40,268 nt of DNA, from assembly GCA_008080615.1 (NCBI GenBank), contig VIKJ01000001.1, positions 16,647 through 56,914 of the forward strand. Direction: 5' to 3'. Of the stretch, positions 17,471-27,024 are shown piece after piece. Positions within the stretch are counted from its first letter, which is position 1. Each line of letters starts with the position of its first letter. The notes beneath the pieces were generated by a model that saw only the letters and a program-made list of their open reading frames with translations, made no database searches and was not told the DNA's origin. The position numbers and the translations under genes are program-made. The DNA comes from Chitinophagaceae bacterium. Lineage in GTDB: Bacteria; Bacteroidota; Bacteroidia; Chitinophagales; Chitinophagaceae.

Positions 17471-18838
17471 CTAAGCCAGTTTGAATTTCAATTTAAAATA
17501 GTTGCCAATTGTAGGATTGCTTTCATAAGTAAGCAGTCCTCCCATATCTGTTGTAAGCTGTTTTGCTACAGAAAAGCCCATACCCGATTGGGTAATGGCA
17601 TATTCCGACTGATTGGGAGCTTGCAGCCTATTAAAGTATTCATCTAGTTTTTCTAATCCGATAGGATTGCCTTTATTGATAATTTCAATAATACAAACCC
17701 CATCTACATTTCCTGCATGAATACTTATGGCAGAACCCTTTTGGATAAACCTTATAACGTTAGAAAGTAGCTTAAACAATATATGACGTAAAAATATTTT
17801 ATCTAAGTTGACCAATAATTCGGAAGGCGATAAGTGAACTTGTATGGTTACCTGCTTAATACTTGCAGCATCAACCAAGGCAATTGCGGCTTTTTCAACC
17901 TCAGGAATAATATCAAAATCTTCAAAACGGTATTCAATTTTACCTGTATCTGCTTCTGCAGATTCGGCCAGTTTTTGAGATAAATAATGGAGTTTCTCAT
18001 TCCCCATGGTTATATAGCTCAAAATTTCTTTCTGATCAGAAGTAAGGTTACTAGATTTTCGATTGATCAAATCGATAGAGATTTGATTAGATCCTATGAA
18101 GTTTTTTAAATCATGGATCATGATATTGAGGGTATTCTGCCTGTAATCACTTAATTCTTTCAACCGGCGGTTGGCTTCTTCAATTAAATGATGCTGGTCA
18201 TTGATTTTCTCATTTTGCTCTAACATTCTACGGTTAGATTCTTCAATAATGAGGTTTTTCTCTGTTTCTCGCTTAATAATTTGGTACCGGTTAAAAGCTA
18301 TGAAACAAGAAAAAGCAGTAACGATAAAATAAACACCGCCCCCATTGGCAATTAAGCCATTATAACCTTCCAATCGGTTATTAAGGGTATAAAGTAATAC
18401 AATGATTGTATAGGAAATAGCACAATGCAATTGGGCAAACAAAGGCCTCCAAAATACCGTGGTATTTAGCAATAGCATCATTACTGAAGCCATTAAAAAA
18501 TAAGGAAGTGCGCTTGTTACCGGAACAATTCCACAAATCAAAGAAAATAGGACTACATTAACTCCAACAATTAGGTTGAGAATCAATTCATAACTTAGTC
18601 TTCTTCTGGTTCCATAGGTGTACAAAAAATAAGACAAGGCAAATGCTGATACTCTTAATACCAAAATAAAGCCCCAGTCTTCTTTCATAAAAAGAATATC
18701 CAGCAACCAGAATAGTGGCAGAGAAAACAGTATTGACCAAACAGCTACATTTGAAAAGTACGCGCCGCGTTTATTCAATTCGGTAGTAAGCTTTTGGCGG
18801 TCTATATTTACATAAGGAATCCTATGATAATCTATCAT
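17471..18838 (-). CDS. Membrane sensor histidine-kinase-like protein with degenerate catalytic boxes
   Basis: About 6 TM helices, a coiled coil, H-box IHDLKNFIG and an HATPase-like region (KLLSNVIRF, INKGNPIG, SGMGFSVAK, MGG). Confidence 0.85.
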   Translation of the reverse strand: MIDYHRIPYVNIDRQKLTTELNKRGAYFSNVAVWSILFSLPLFWLLDILFMKEDWGFILVLRVSAFALSYFLYTYGTRRRLSYELILNLIVGVNVVLFSLICGIVPVTSALPYFLMASVMMLLLNTTVFWRPLFAQLHCAISYTIIVLLYTLNNRLEGYNGLIANGGGVYFIVTAFSCFIAFNRYQIIKRETEKNLIIEESNRRMLEQNEKINDQHHLIEEANRRLKELSDYRQNTLNIMIHDLKNFIGSNQISIDLINRKSSNLTSDQKEILSYITMGNEKLHYLSQKLAESAEADTGKIEYRFEDFDIIPEVEKAAIALVDAASIKQVTIQVHLSPSELLVNLDKIFLRHILFKLLSNVIRFIQKGSAISIHAGNVDGVCIIEIINKGNPIGLEKLDEYFNRLQAPNQSEYAITQSGMGFSVAKQLTTDMGGLLTYESNPTIGNYFKLKFKLA

Positions 18839-18851
18839 ATTTACAAATATG
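18836..18851. promoter_or_regulatory. 16-bp palindrome CATATTT-AC-AAATATG joining two divergent start codons
   Basis: Perfect 7-bp inverted repeat whose outer triplets are the ATGs of the kinase-like gene (-) and the GH5 gene (+). Confidence 0.45.
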
Positions 18852-19943
18852 CAACAGGTAATTGATTATTCAGTGAAATTAAAGTTTAAAAATAGAAGAA
18901 AGGCATTCATTTTGACCAGTTTATTGACATTTGTTAGTTTCTTTTTCTCCGTTTTTGCTGCAGAGAGAACTGATCTAAATAAAATCAAGACTGCACTCAA
19001 TAAAGGCGTTAATATTTCGTACCTAGAAATAGACATCGAACCCAAACTAAAAGCCATTGCAAAAGCAGGCTTTAAAACAGTTCGATTGCCTGTGGCATTT
19101 GATCATTATATGGCTGATAGCTATGCAGAGCTGAGTGGTGCATTAATTCAAAAACTACATTTAATCTATAGCAGGTGCAAGCAGCTAAATTTAAACCTGG
19201 TAATCGTATACCATTATGGCAAACTACAAAATGAAAATTTATACGCAGAAAATGATCGAATTATTCGGATATGGAAACAAGTGATATATTCTATGCAAGG
19301 CTATGCTAGCAATCAACTTTTTTTTGAACTATACAATGAACCAACTACCGATATGGATATATGGAAATCTTCCATCACTACCATTGTTAGGGAATTGAGA
19401 AAAGCAGACCCAGAGAGGATATTTATTATTGGTGGGGCCAATTACAATGGCTACAACGAATTACTGCATATGGGCAGGTTATCGGTAGATGATGGAAAGC
19501 TCTTGTACACATTTCATTTTTACGAACCATATATTTTCACCCATCAGGGTGCAGATTGGACGGCGGAAAAAACTTTTATTACAGGATTCCCCTACCCTTA
19601 TAAACAAAATAAAATGCCAGGCTTATACAATGCCCCTGCTAATTCTTCATTGGCTAAAGATTACGAGAGGTACCCAAGGGAAGCCAATTATTCCTACCTA
19701 CATCAACGTATTCAATATATTTACGAGGAAGCTAAAAGGCTAAATTTACCGCTTATCTGTACAGAAACGGGGGTAATCAATTTAGCCGATAAAAAATCCA
19801 GAGCTGCTTATCTTAGCAATATCACTTCTATCATGAATGAGTTTAGTATCCCCGTAATTTTATGGGATTGGGACGACAAGTTTGCTGTGATGGATAACAA
19901 TAAAGCCATCAAACAGATTAGACCCTGGCTCAAAAAAGATTAG
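18849..19943 (+). CDS. Secreted glycoside hydrolase family 5 (cellulase superfamily)
   Basis: GVNIS, GFKTVRLPV, acid/base ELYNEP, TFHFYEPYIFTHQGADW, nucleophile TETG and LWD; signal-peptide-like N-terminus (alternative GTG start at 18873). Confidence 0.9.
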   Translation: MQQVIDYSVKLKFKNRRKAFILTSLLTFVSFFFSVFAAERTDLNKIKTALNKGVNISYLEIDIEPKLKAIAKAGFKTVRLPVAFDHYMADSYAELSGALIQKLHLIYSRCKQLNLNLVIVYHYGKLQNENLYAENDRIIRIWKQVIYSMQGYASNQLFFELYNEPTTDMDIWKSSITTIVRELRKADPERIFIIGGANYNGYNELLHMGRLSVDDGKLLYTFHFYEPYIFTHQGADWTAEKTFITGFPYPYKQNKMPGLYNAPANSSLAKDYERYPREANYSYLHQRIQYIYEEAKRLNLPLICTETGVINLADKKSRAAYLSNITSIMNEFSIPVILWDWDDKFAVMDNNKAIKQIRPWLKKD

Positions 19944-19958
19944 AATAAAAACAACTGT

Positions 19959-20855
19959 ATGGAACCTGTTTTATCAATAAACGGCATAAGCAAATCTTAT
20001 GGCCAAATTAAGGCGCTTAAAAACCTATCATTAAGCGTTCCTAAAGGAAGTGTATTTGGCATTTTAGGACCAAACGGTAGTGGCAAAACTACTATGATGA
20101 GTATCATTTTGGATATTCTAAAAGCAGATAGTGGTGATTACAATTGGTTTGGGAAACCCAACTTACCCGAAGAAAGAAAAAGAATTGGATCCTTGTTAGA
20201 AACGCCCAATTTTTATCATTACTTATCTGCCGTTGATAATTTAAAAATTACACAGGCCATTAGTGGAAGAGGACATGCTGCAGATATTGATGAAGCACTT
20301 GAGATTGTAAAACTAACGGAGAGAAAGAAAAGTAAGTTTAGTGCTTATAGTTTAGGAATGAAGCAACGCCTTGCCATTGGTGCAGCATTACTGGGCAATC
20401 CAGAAGTACTGTTATTAGATGAACCTACCAATGGGCTTGATCCAGTTGGTATTGCTGAAATCAGAGACCTCATTAAATTGTTGGCAAAAAAAGGCATCAC
20501 TATTATTATTGCAAGCCACTTATTAGATGAAGTTGAAAAAATTTGCTCTCATGTAGCCATTTTAAAAAGAGGAACCCTGCTTACATCAGGCCCTGTTGAT
20601 GAAGTGTTGAGTAATGAAGATATTGTAGAAATAGCTTCTGCCAATATGGAACAACTAAAAGATTGCGTAATACAAATGGGCGGTTATTTATCTATAAAAG
20701 AAGACAATCAACGATTGCAAATTCATTATCCTATCGGTACAGCCAATATGGAAGCCATTAATAGTTATTGCTTTAACAAGGGCGTTACATTGCAATTATT
20801 GCTCAGCAAGAAAAAGAGTTTAGAAACTAAATTCTTTGAATTAACCAACGATTAA
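19959..20855 (+). CDS. ABC-2 type transporter ATP-binding protein (BcrA-like)
   Basis: GPNGSGKTT, YSLGMKQRL, LDEPTNGLDP and SHLL motifs. Confidence 0.9.
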   Translation: MEPVLSINGISKSYGQIKALKNLSLSVPKGSVFGILGPNGSGKTTMMSIILDILKADSGDYNWFGKPNLPEERKRIGSLLETPNFYHYLSAVDNLKITQAISGRGHAADIDEALEIVKLTERKKSKFSAYSLGMKQRLAIGAALLGNPEVLLLDEPTNGLDPVGIAEIRDLIKLLAKKGITIIIASHLLDEVEKICSHVAILKRGTLLTSGPVDEVLSNEDIVEIASANMEQLKDCVIQMGGYLSIKEDNQRLQIHYPIGTANMEAINSYCFNKGVTLQLLLSKKKSLETKFFELTND

Positions 20856-20865
20856 ACTTACACCC

Positions 20866-21693
20866 ATGCTCGATTTATTAAAAATAGAATGGCTTAAAAT
20901 AAAAAAATACCCTGCATTCTGGTGGATGTTGGTAATTGTATTCCTTACCTATCCTGGCATTAATATTATGTTCTTGAATATTTATGGGCAGGTAACCAAA
21001 GGAAAAGAGATGGCCAATAATATTGCCAAATTATTGTTAGGCAACCCGTTTGCATTTCCCGAAACTTGGCATACAGTAGCCTATTTTTCTTCCTTCTTTG
21101 TATTGTTACCTTCCATTTTGGTAATCATGTTGGTGACCAATGAATACAATTATAAAACACATAGGCAAAATATTATTGATGGCTGGAGCCGATCACAATT
21201 TATTACCAGTAAATTAATGGATGTTGCCATTATTTCCTTTGTAGTAATGATTGCATATATAGCTGTTGCAATAGGTTTTGGTATATATGCAGATAGCCTT
21301 AGCTGGAACAGATGGGCCGAGCAACTACAATATATCCCTCTGTTTTATTTACAAACATTTGCGCAGTTATCCATTGCATTTTTATTGGGATACCTAGTTA
21401 AGAAAGCATTCATTGCCTTGGGCATCTTTTTATTTTACTACTTAATTGTAGAGAATATATTAGTAGGATTAATGAAATGGAAAAAGATAGAACTCACCCG
21501 CTTTTTACCATTTGAAATTTCTGATGGCATTTTGGTAAGGCCTGCATTTTCTGGAAATTTTGGTATGGGCGCCAAAGCAGGATATGAACTTGCATTGAGT
21601 TTAGTATCACAACAAGTGATACTCACTATTGTGCTAACTAGTATTATTTGGTTAATCTGCTATAAGGTGCATAAGAAAAGAGATATTGTATAA
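20866..21693 (+). CDS. ABC-2 type transporter permease
   Basis: LLKIEWLK start, about 6 TM helices, NEYNYKTHRQNIIDGWSR...SKL motif; adjacent to the ATPase. Confidence 0.85.
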   Translation: MLDLLKIEWLKIKKYPAFWWMLVIVFLTYPGINIMFLNIYGQVTKGKEMANNIAKLLLGNPFAFPETWHTVAYFSSFFVLLPSILVIMLVTNEYNYKTHRQNIIDGWSRSQFITSKLMDVAIISFVVMIAYIAVAIGFGIYADSLSWNRWAEQLQYIPLFYLQTFAQLSIAFLLGYLVKKAFIALGIFLFYYLIVENILVGLMKWKKIELTRFLPFEISDGILVRPAFSGNFGMGAKAGYELALSLVSQQVILTIVLTSIIWLICYKVHKKRDIV

Positions 21694-21695
21694 TC

Positions 21696-22595
21696 TTACT
21701 GCAATAATTCATTGATTGCAGTGTCGATTGTTGGATATTGAAAAGGGAATCCTGCAGCCAGCATTTTATTGGCGTTTACTGTAGTGCTCTTCAATATTTC
21801 AATGCTCATTTCGCCCAACACTATTTTTAAAACAAATGCAGGCACGTGAAAAGGAATAAAAAAGCTAGGACATAGTTTTCGAGCAATGGCTAAAGTAAGT
21901 GTTTGATTGTTTGCAGGATTTGGCGCTACTGCATTGTACACACCTTGCATAGTAGTATTTTCAATAGCATAAATGTATTGGTTGCAAAGGTCATCCACAT
22001 GAATCCAACTAATCACTTGTTGGCCAGTTGCTAATATAGCAGCAGTGTTCAATTTTAAAGGCTTTTTAAATTCAACAAAAGCGCCACCTTCATTGCTTAA
22101 AACAATGCCTGTTCTTAAAATTACCAAGCGAATACCCAAACTATTTACAGCTTCAATTGATTGTTCCCATTTTTTGCAAGTATCTCCTAAGAAATCGGAA
22201 TAGGCAGGATCTGTTTCTTTAAATCCATTAGGAATATTGTGATCATTATCCGGACCATACCAACCAATAGCAGATGCACTAATTACTGCTTGAACTTTGT
22301 TGGGATATTTTGCCAATGCAGATGCAATTAAACTACTGCCCTGGGTTCTACTTTCTTCAATTTCTTTTTTCCTGGTATCAGACCAGCGTTGATCCGCCAC
22401 ACCAGCACCAGCCAAATGAATAATAAAATCGGCAGTTTGAATGGCTTCGGGATTAATTTCATTCTTCTTTGGATCCCAAGTGTAACCCTTACCCGATCTA
22501 GAGAGCACCTGAACAGTGTAGCCCTTTTTAATTAACAATTGAGTTAATCTTTTTCCTACTGTACCGGTTCCTCCTGTTATTAATACTGTTGCCAT
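21696..22595 (-). CDS. TIGR01777 family NAD-dependent epimerase-like oxidoreductase (YfcH-like)
   Basis: LITGGTGTVG, HLAGA, SASAIGWYG, LRTGIVL, SWIHVDD and YNAVAPNP motifs. Confidence 0.9.
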   Translation of the reverse strand: MATVLITGGTGTVGKRLTQLLIKKGYTVQVLSRSGKGYTWDPKKNEINPEAIQTADFIIHLAGAGVADQRWSDTRKKEIEESRTQGSSLIASALAKYPNKVQAVISASAIGWYGPDNDHNIPNGFKETDPAYSDFLGDTCKKWEQSIEAVNSLGIRLVILRTGIVLSNEGGAFVEFKKPLKLNTAAILATGQQVISWIHVDDLCNQYIYAIENTTMQGVYNAVAPNPANNQTLTLAIARKLCPSFFIPFHVPAFVLKIVLGEMSIEILKSTTVNANKMLAAGFPFQYPTIDTAINELLQ

Positions 22596-22635
22596 TGTTT
22601 TTATTATACTTACAAGTTAATGGATATAAAGTTGC

Positions 22636-22667
22636 AAAAAAAACCTTCCCGAAATTCCGGGAAGGTT
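22636..22667 (-). terminator. Intrinsic terminator of the dcw operon
   Basis: AACCTTCCCG-AAATTC-CGGGAAGGTT perfect 10-bp stem, with a U-run on the minus strand ~40 nt after the ftsZ stop. Confidence 0.85.
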
Positions 22668-22708
22668 ACAACTAAAAACACTTAATACACATCTATATAT
22701 ATACCGGG

Positions 22709-24610
22709 TTAGTCGGGTTTTTTACCATCAAAAAATTTATTGATAGTAGAGATCTGGGTTTGATCATTTTCATCCTTACCTACTGTATACTTACTGTAAA
22801 AATTTTCTACCGAAGTAAGGGTATTGCCAAATAATTCCATGTTTCTTCTAATATAAGCTGGCACCGCATCAAACTCACCACTTGTATCGGCTGTGTTACT
22901 CATATTATAAGAAAGGTTACGTAATTTTTGTATACGCTCAGCAGCCCTTCTTTTTTGATCTTCAACATCATCCATAAAAGAATCTTCTGCGTATTGCGAT
23001 TGTGGTTGATGCTGATGTTGCGGCTGTTCTTGCTGGGCTTTTACTTCCTGCATCATTTCAGCCGATTTTTCTACCAATTGCATTTCGAATAATGCTTCTT
23101 CTTGTTGAACAGGAGCAGGTGGTGCAGGAGCCGGTTGAGCTGCAGGCATTTGAATTGACACTACAGCAGGTTCAGGTTTAACTTCTTCCGCATAAATATT
23201 GGCGGGCTTGGTTAAAAAACCTGCACTATTTACAATACTAGGTTGTTCGTTTACCTGAAAATTGAGTAAAGGTGAAATTGCTGGCTCTTCTAAGTTGATT
23301 TCCGCTTCAACAACAGGCACATCAGGAGTAATTGGTGCTGTAATATCGGCGCTCAATTCAAATTGCAATACCATCGATTCTCTTTCTTCAACAGCATGTT
23401 GAGTTGCAATTTCTGCAATGTGCTGCTCTTCCTGTGGTTGCTGCATAGTTGGAGCAAGCTCATCTAATATAGCAATTACGGGAGCAGGCATTTCTATTTT
23501 GTTAACTGCAACTGGCTCGGGCTCAACAACAGCTTGAACCTGAGGTTGCACAGGAGTTTGCAAAGCTTCAACTTCTAAAGTCATTACAATTTTCTCCGGC
23601 TTTACTTCAGGAACTTTTGCCGCTTGTGGCTTTGCAAAAGGATCTTTGTGTTCAAAACCAGTAGCAATTAATGTGATGCCAATTTTTTTATCTAAAGTAG
23701 GATCATACCCCATTCCAACAATTACATCTGTGTCTTCACCTGCTTGCATGCGCAAGTAATTATTGATGGTTTCTAATTCATCCATGGTGCATTCATGATC
23801 TCCTTCTGCACTATTGATATTAATTAAAATCCACTTAGCACCTCTAATATCGCTGTCATTTAACAGCGGTGAATTCAATGCTTCTTCTATAGCTAGCTGT
23901 GCTCGGTTCTCTCCCTCTACTTCGGCCTTTCCTAAAATAGCAACACCACCATTTTTCATAACAGTGCATACATCGGCAAAATCTACAATAATATGCCCAC
24001 GGCTATTGATTACATCGGTAATACATTTTGCTGCAGTAGCCAATACATTGTCTGCTTTTGAAAATGCTTCTTTCATTTTCAAATTACCGTATTGCATGCG
24101 CAGTTTGTCGTTGCTAATTACTAGTAAAGTATCTACAAATGGCTTCAACGCCTCAATACCTTCCTGTGCTTGTTGATGTCGACGAGGTCCTTCAAAACCA
24201 AATGGCGTTGTTACTATACCAACGGTTAAGATGCCTAGTTCTTTACAAATTTTTGCAATGATGGGTGCACCACCAGTACCAGTTCCACCGCCCATTCCTA
24301 CAGTTATGAATGCCATTTTGGTATTCACTTCTAAAATGCGCTTGATTTCTTCTAGCGACTCTTCGGTTGCTTTTTTTCCTACTTCAGGATTAGCACCAGC
24401 ACCCAAGCCCTGTGTAAGGTGCGGCCCCAATTGAATTTTATTAGGAATATCGCTTTGCTCAATTGCTTTAGCGTCGGTATTGCATATAATGAAATCAACA
24501 CCTTCAATATTTTGAGCAAACATAAAGTTTACTGCATTGCTTCCACCACCACCAACACCCAACACTTTAATGATGGATGATTTTTGTTTGGGAAGATCAA
24601 AATGAATCAT
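22709..24610 (-). CDS. ftsZ: Cell division protein FtsZ (long Bacteroidota-type linker)
   Basis: GVGGGGSNAV, GMGGGTGTG, DFADV and C-terminal VPAYIRR motifs. Confidence 0.98.
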   Translation of the reverse strand: MIHFDLPKQKSSIIKVLGVGGGGSNAVNFMFAQNIEGVDFIICNTDAKAIEQSDIPNKIQLGPHLTQGLGAGANPEVGKKATEESLEEIKRILEVNTKMAFITVGMGGGTGTGGAPIIAKICKELGILTVGIVTTPFGFEGPRRHQQAQEGIEALKPFVDTLLVISNDKLRMQYGNLKMKEAFSKADNVLATAAKCITDVINSRGHIIVDFADVCTVMKNGGVAILGKAEVEGENRAQLAIEEALNSPLLNDSDIRGAKWILININSAEGDHECTMDELETINNYLRMQAGEDTDVIVGMGYDPTLDKKIGITLIATGFEHKDPFAKPQAAKVPEVKPEKIVMTLEVEALQTPVQPQVQAVVEPEPVAVNKIEMPAPVIAILDELAPTMQQPQEEQHIAEIATQHAVEERESMVLQFELSADITAPITPDVPVVEAEINLEEPAISPLLNFQVNEQPSIVNSAGFLTKPANIYAEEVKPEPAVVSIQMPAAQPAPAPPAPVQQEEALFEMQLVEKSAEMMQEVKAQQEQPQHQHQPQSQYAEDSFMDDVEDQKRRAAERIQKLRNLSYNMSNTADTSGEFDAVPAYIRRNMELFGNTLTSVENFYSKYTVGKDENDQTQISTINKFFDGKKPD

Positions 24611-24658
24611 AGAGTAGTTTTAGTAGGGTTAGTATTTTATGCTACGGATCTTGGATTA

Positions 24659-26029
24659 TTATCGAATAACTTGGTCTTCTTCTTCTTTAAACAAATCAAT
24701 CAAATTGTTTTTAAATTTATCCCAGAAGCGTTCTTTTCGCGCAGTTACATCTACGGTAGTTGCAACAGGCGCTTCTTCTTCTTTTACCAATGCTGCTTTT
24801 TTGGTTAAGCCTTCTGGCACTTCAACTTTAGCAAATTTTTCTGCAAACTCTTTGTATTTATGCTCGTAGTCGTTGTATCCTTTCAGAATCAATCCAATAC
24901 AAGTAGCATACATTGGCTTTTTCAATTCATCAATATGATTGGCTGCTAAATGTTCATTAGGTAAACCAATGCGCGCATTTAACCCAGTTGTGTATTCGGT
25001 TAACTGAATTAAATGTTTTAATTGAGAACCGCCACCTGTTAAAATGATACCACCATTTAAAGCACGATGATCTAAGCCAACTTGCTTTAAGTGATAAGTA
25101 ACAAAATCTAATATTTCGCCCATTCTAGCTTGAATAATGGCAGCCAGGTTTTTAACACTTATTTCTTTTGCAGGCATGCCTTTTAAACCAGGGATGGTGA
25201 TATAAGCATTCGCTTTAGCTTCGTCTGCTAATGCAGAACCAAACTGTACTTTCATAGCTTCGGCCTGGCTTTTTAATACACCCAATCCCATACGGATATC
25301 ATTGGTAATATTTTCACCACCAAAAGGAATAACAGCAGTATGCTTTAAAATTCCTTCATAAAATACCGCTAAGTCACTGGTACCGCCACCAATATCTAAT
25401 ATGGCTACACCCGCTTCCATATCTATCTCACTCATTACAGCACTAGCAGAAGCTAGTGGTTGAAGTACCAAATCTTTGGTTTTTAACCCACTTCTATCTA
25501 CTGCACGGTGAATATTTCTAATGGCATTTCTATCTCCTGTGATAATATGAAAATTAGCACCCACTTTAACTCCATTGTATCCTACAGGATCTTTTATATT
25601 TTGAATGCTATCCACATGAAAATCCTGAGAAATCACATCAATGATTTGATCTCCGGCAGGAATAAATGTTTTGCGTTGATTATTGATGAGTTGGTCTATT
25701 TCCCAGCTTTGAATTTCTACATCGGGATCTTGACGAACAATATCTCCACGGGTTTGCAGGCTCTTGATATGATGCCCGGCAATACCTACATATACTTCAG
25801 AAATTTCTAAATCGGGATTGCTTTGAGCGCAGTTTTCTAATGCGGCCTGAATAGCTTTAATGGTTTGGTCTATATTCAACACTTGACCATGTTGAACCCC
25901 ATTGCTATTGGCACGTCCAAAGCCTAGAATCTCTAGTTTTCCATATTCATTTTTGCGCCCAGCGATAGCCGCAATTTTAGTGGTTCCGATATCCAGACCA
26001 ACAATGATGGGTGATTCATTGTGATTCAT
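24659..26029 (-). CDS. ftsA: Cell division protein FtsA
   Basis: GLDIGTTKI, DIGGGTSD, GGENITNDI and LTGGGSQL motifs. Confidence 0.97.
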   Translation of the reverse strand: MNHNESPIIVGLDIGTTKIAAIAGRKNEYGKLEILGFGRANSNGVQHGQVLNIDQTIKAIQAALENCAQSNPDLEISEVYVGIAGHHIKSLQTRGDIVRQDPDVEIQSWEIDQLINNQRKTFIPAGDQIIDVISQDFHVDSIQNIKDPVGYNGVKVGANFHIITGDRNAIRNIHRAVDRSGLKTKDLVLQPLASASAVMSEIDMEAGVAILDIGGGTSDLAVFYEGILKHTAVIPFGGENITNDIRMGLGVLKSQAEAMKVQFGSALADEAKANAYITIPGLKGMPAKEISVKNLAAIIQARMGEILDFVTYHLKQVGLDHRALNGGIILTGGGSQLKHLIQLTEYTTGLNARIGLPNEHLAANHIDELKKPMYATCIGLILKGYNDYEHKYKEFAEKFAKVEVPEGLTKKAALVKEEEAPVATTVDVTARKERFWDKFKNNLIDLFKEEEDQVIR

Positions 26030-26040
26030 AAGGTATGTAT

Positions 26041-27021
26041 TTAAGTTCTTAACGGTTTTTGATTCTTTTTATTGTTTTTTGGCATCAACATTTTTGGTGT
26101 TTTTGCCTTCTTGATTGTTGGTGTTGGCTTGGTTTTTATTGTTGCCTTAACTGCAATTGTATCTTTTGGCTTTGCCAATACCGAATCCAATGCAGGTGGG
26201 AATAGCGCTATATTTTTAATCAAACTCAATGCAGCAGCGGAATCCGCAAAAGCTTTGGAAGTTCCTCTTCTTATTCCAACCACTTGGTTTTTATACTGAA
26301 CATCTAATATTTCGTAAGTATTCATCCCATTTTGCAACCAGGCAGTTTTATAAAATGCAGCTAATTTTTTAAATTTATTTTCTAGGTCGGATGCATCACC
26401 AAAGCGAATAATTTGATCCCCAATTACGGGAACCAATTCAAATTTTTTATCGGGGGTGATATCTATTTGAGCAATTTGAGCGGCAAAGAATGAATCAACT
26501 GATACATATTTAGCAATGGAAATGATTTCCTGGATTAGTGCAGTATCCACCTTTTTTTGAACGGGTATTCCGGTAAATACGGGAACCCTTGCACTTATTT
26601 TATTACTGAGGGGCAACCAAATAGCTGCAGTATCCAAATAATAAGAAGCTCCATCCGTTAAAAATACCCTGGCAATGGGCTGCCTTTCTTCTATGGTAAC
26701 TTGTAATAATTGATTGTTATCAAAAAACATTTCGGCATTCTTAACCCATTTATTTTGCTCAACCATTTGTTCTAATTGCCGCAAATTAAGTGAACTGATG
26801 GGCTTGCCAATTGCAGATCCGTTCGTATTGAGTAAGTCCATTACATCTTTTTCGTCTATGAATAGATGCTTTTCAACTCCAGAAATTTGAATACTAATGT
26901 CTTTACAAAGCTTTTGTTGTTTTTGTTGCAAAGAAGCACCAAATAATACCACCATACCAATGCCAGTTAAAACCCAGCAGGTACGTGTTAGTATTTTCTT
27001 CCAATTAAGTGGTTGCTTCAT
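26041..27021 (-). CDS. ftsQ: Cell division protein FtsQ
   Basis: Single N-terminal TM, POTRA-like region (WVKNAEM...IEERQPIARV) and position between murC and ftsA. Confidence 0.88.
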   Translation of the reverse strand: MKQPLNWKKILTRTCWVLTGIGMVVLFGASLQQKQQKLCKDISIQISGVEKHLFIDEKDVMDLLNTNGSAIGKPISSLNLRQLEQMVEQNKWVKNAEMFFDNNQLLQVTIEERQPIARVFLTDGASYYLDTAAIWLPLSNKISARVPVFTGIPVQKKVDTALIQEIISIAKYVSVDSFFAAQIAQIDITPDKKFELVPVIGDQIIRFGDASDLENKFKKLAAFYKTAWLQNGMNTYEILDVQYKNQVVGIRRGTSKAFADSAAALSLIKNIALFPPALDSVLAKPKDTIAVKATIKTKPTPTIKKAKTPKMLMPKNNKKNQKPLRT

Positions 27022-27024
27022 TGA

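Noticed and set aside
22950-23650. Very long Pro/Gln/Glu/Ala-rich FtsZ linker (633-aa FtsZ)
   Set aside because: Long disordered linkers are normal for Bacteroidota FtsZ; no intein motifs or tandem DNA repeat were seen.
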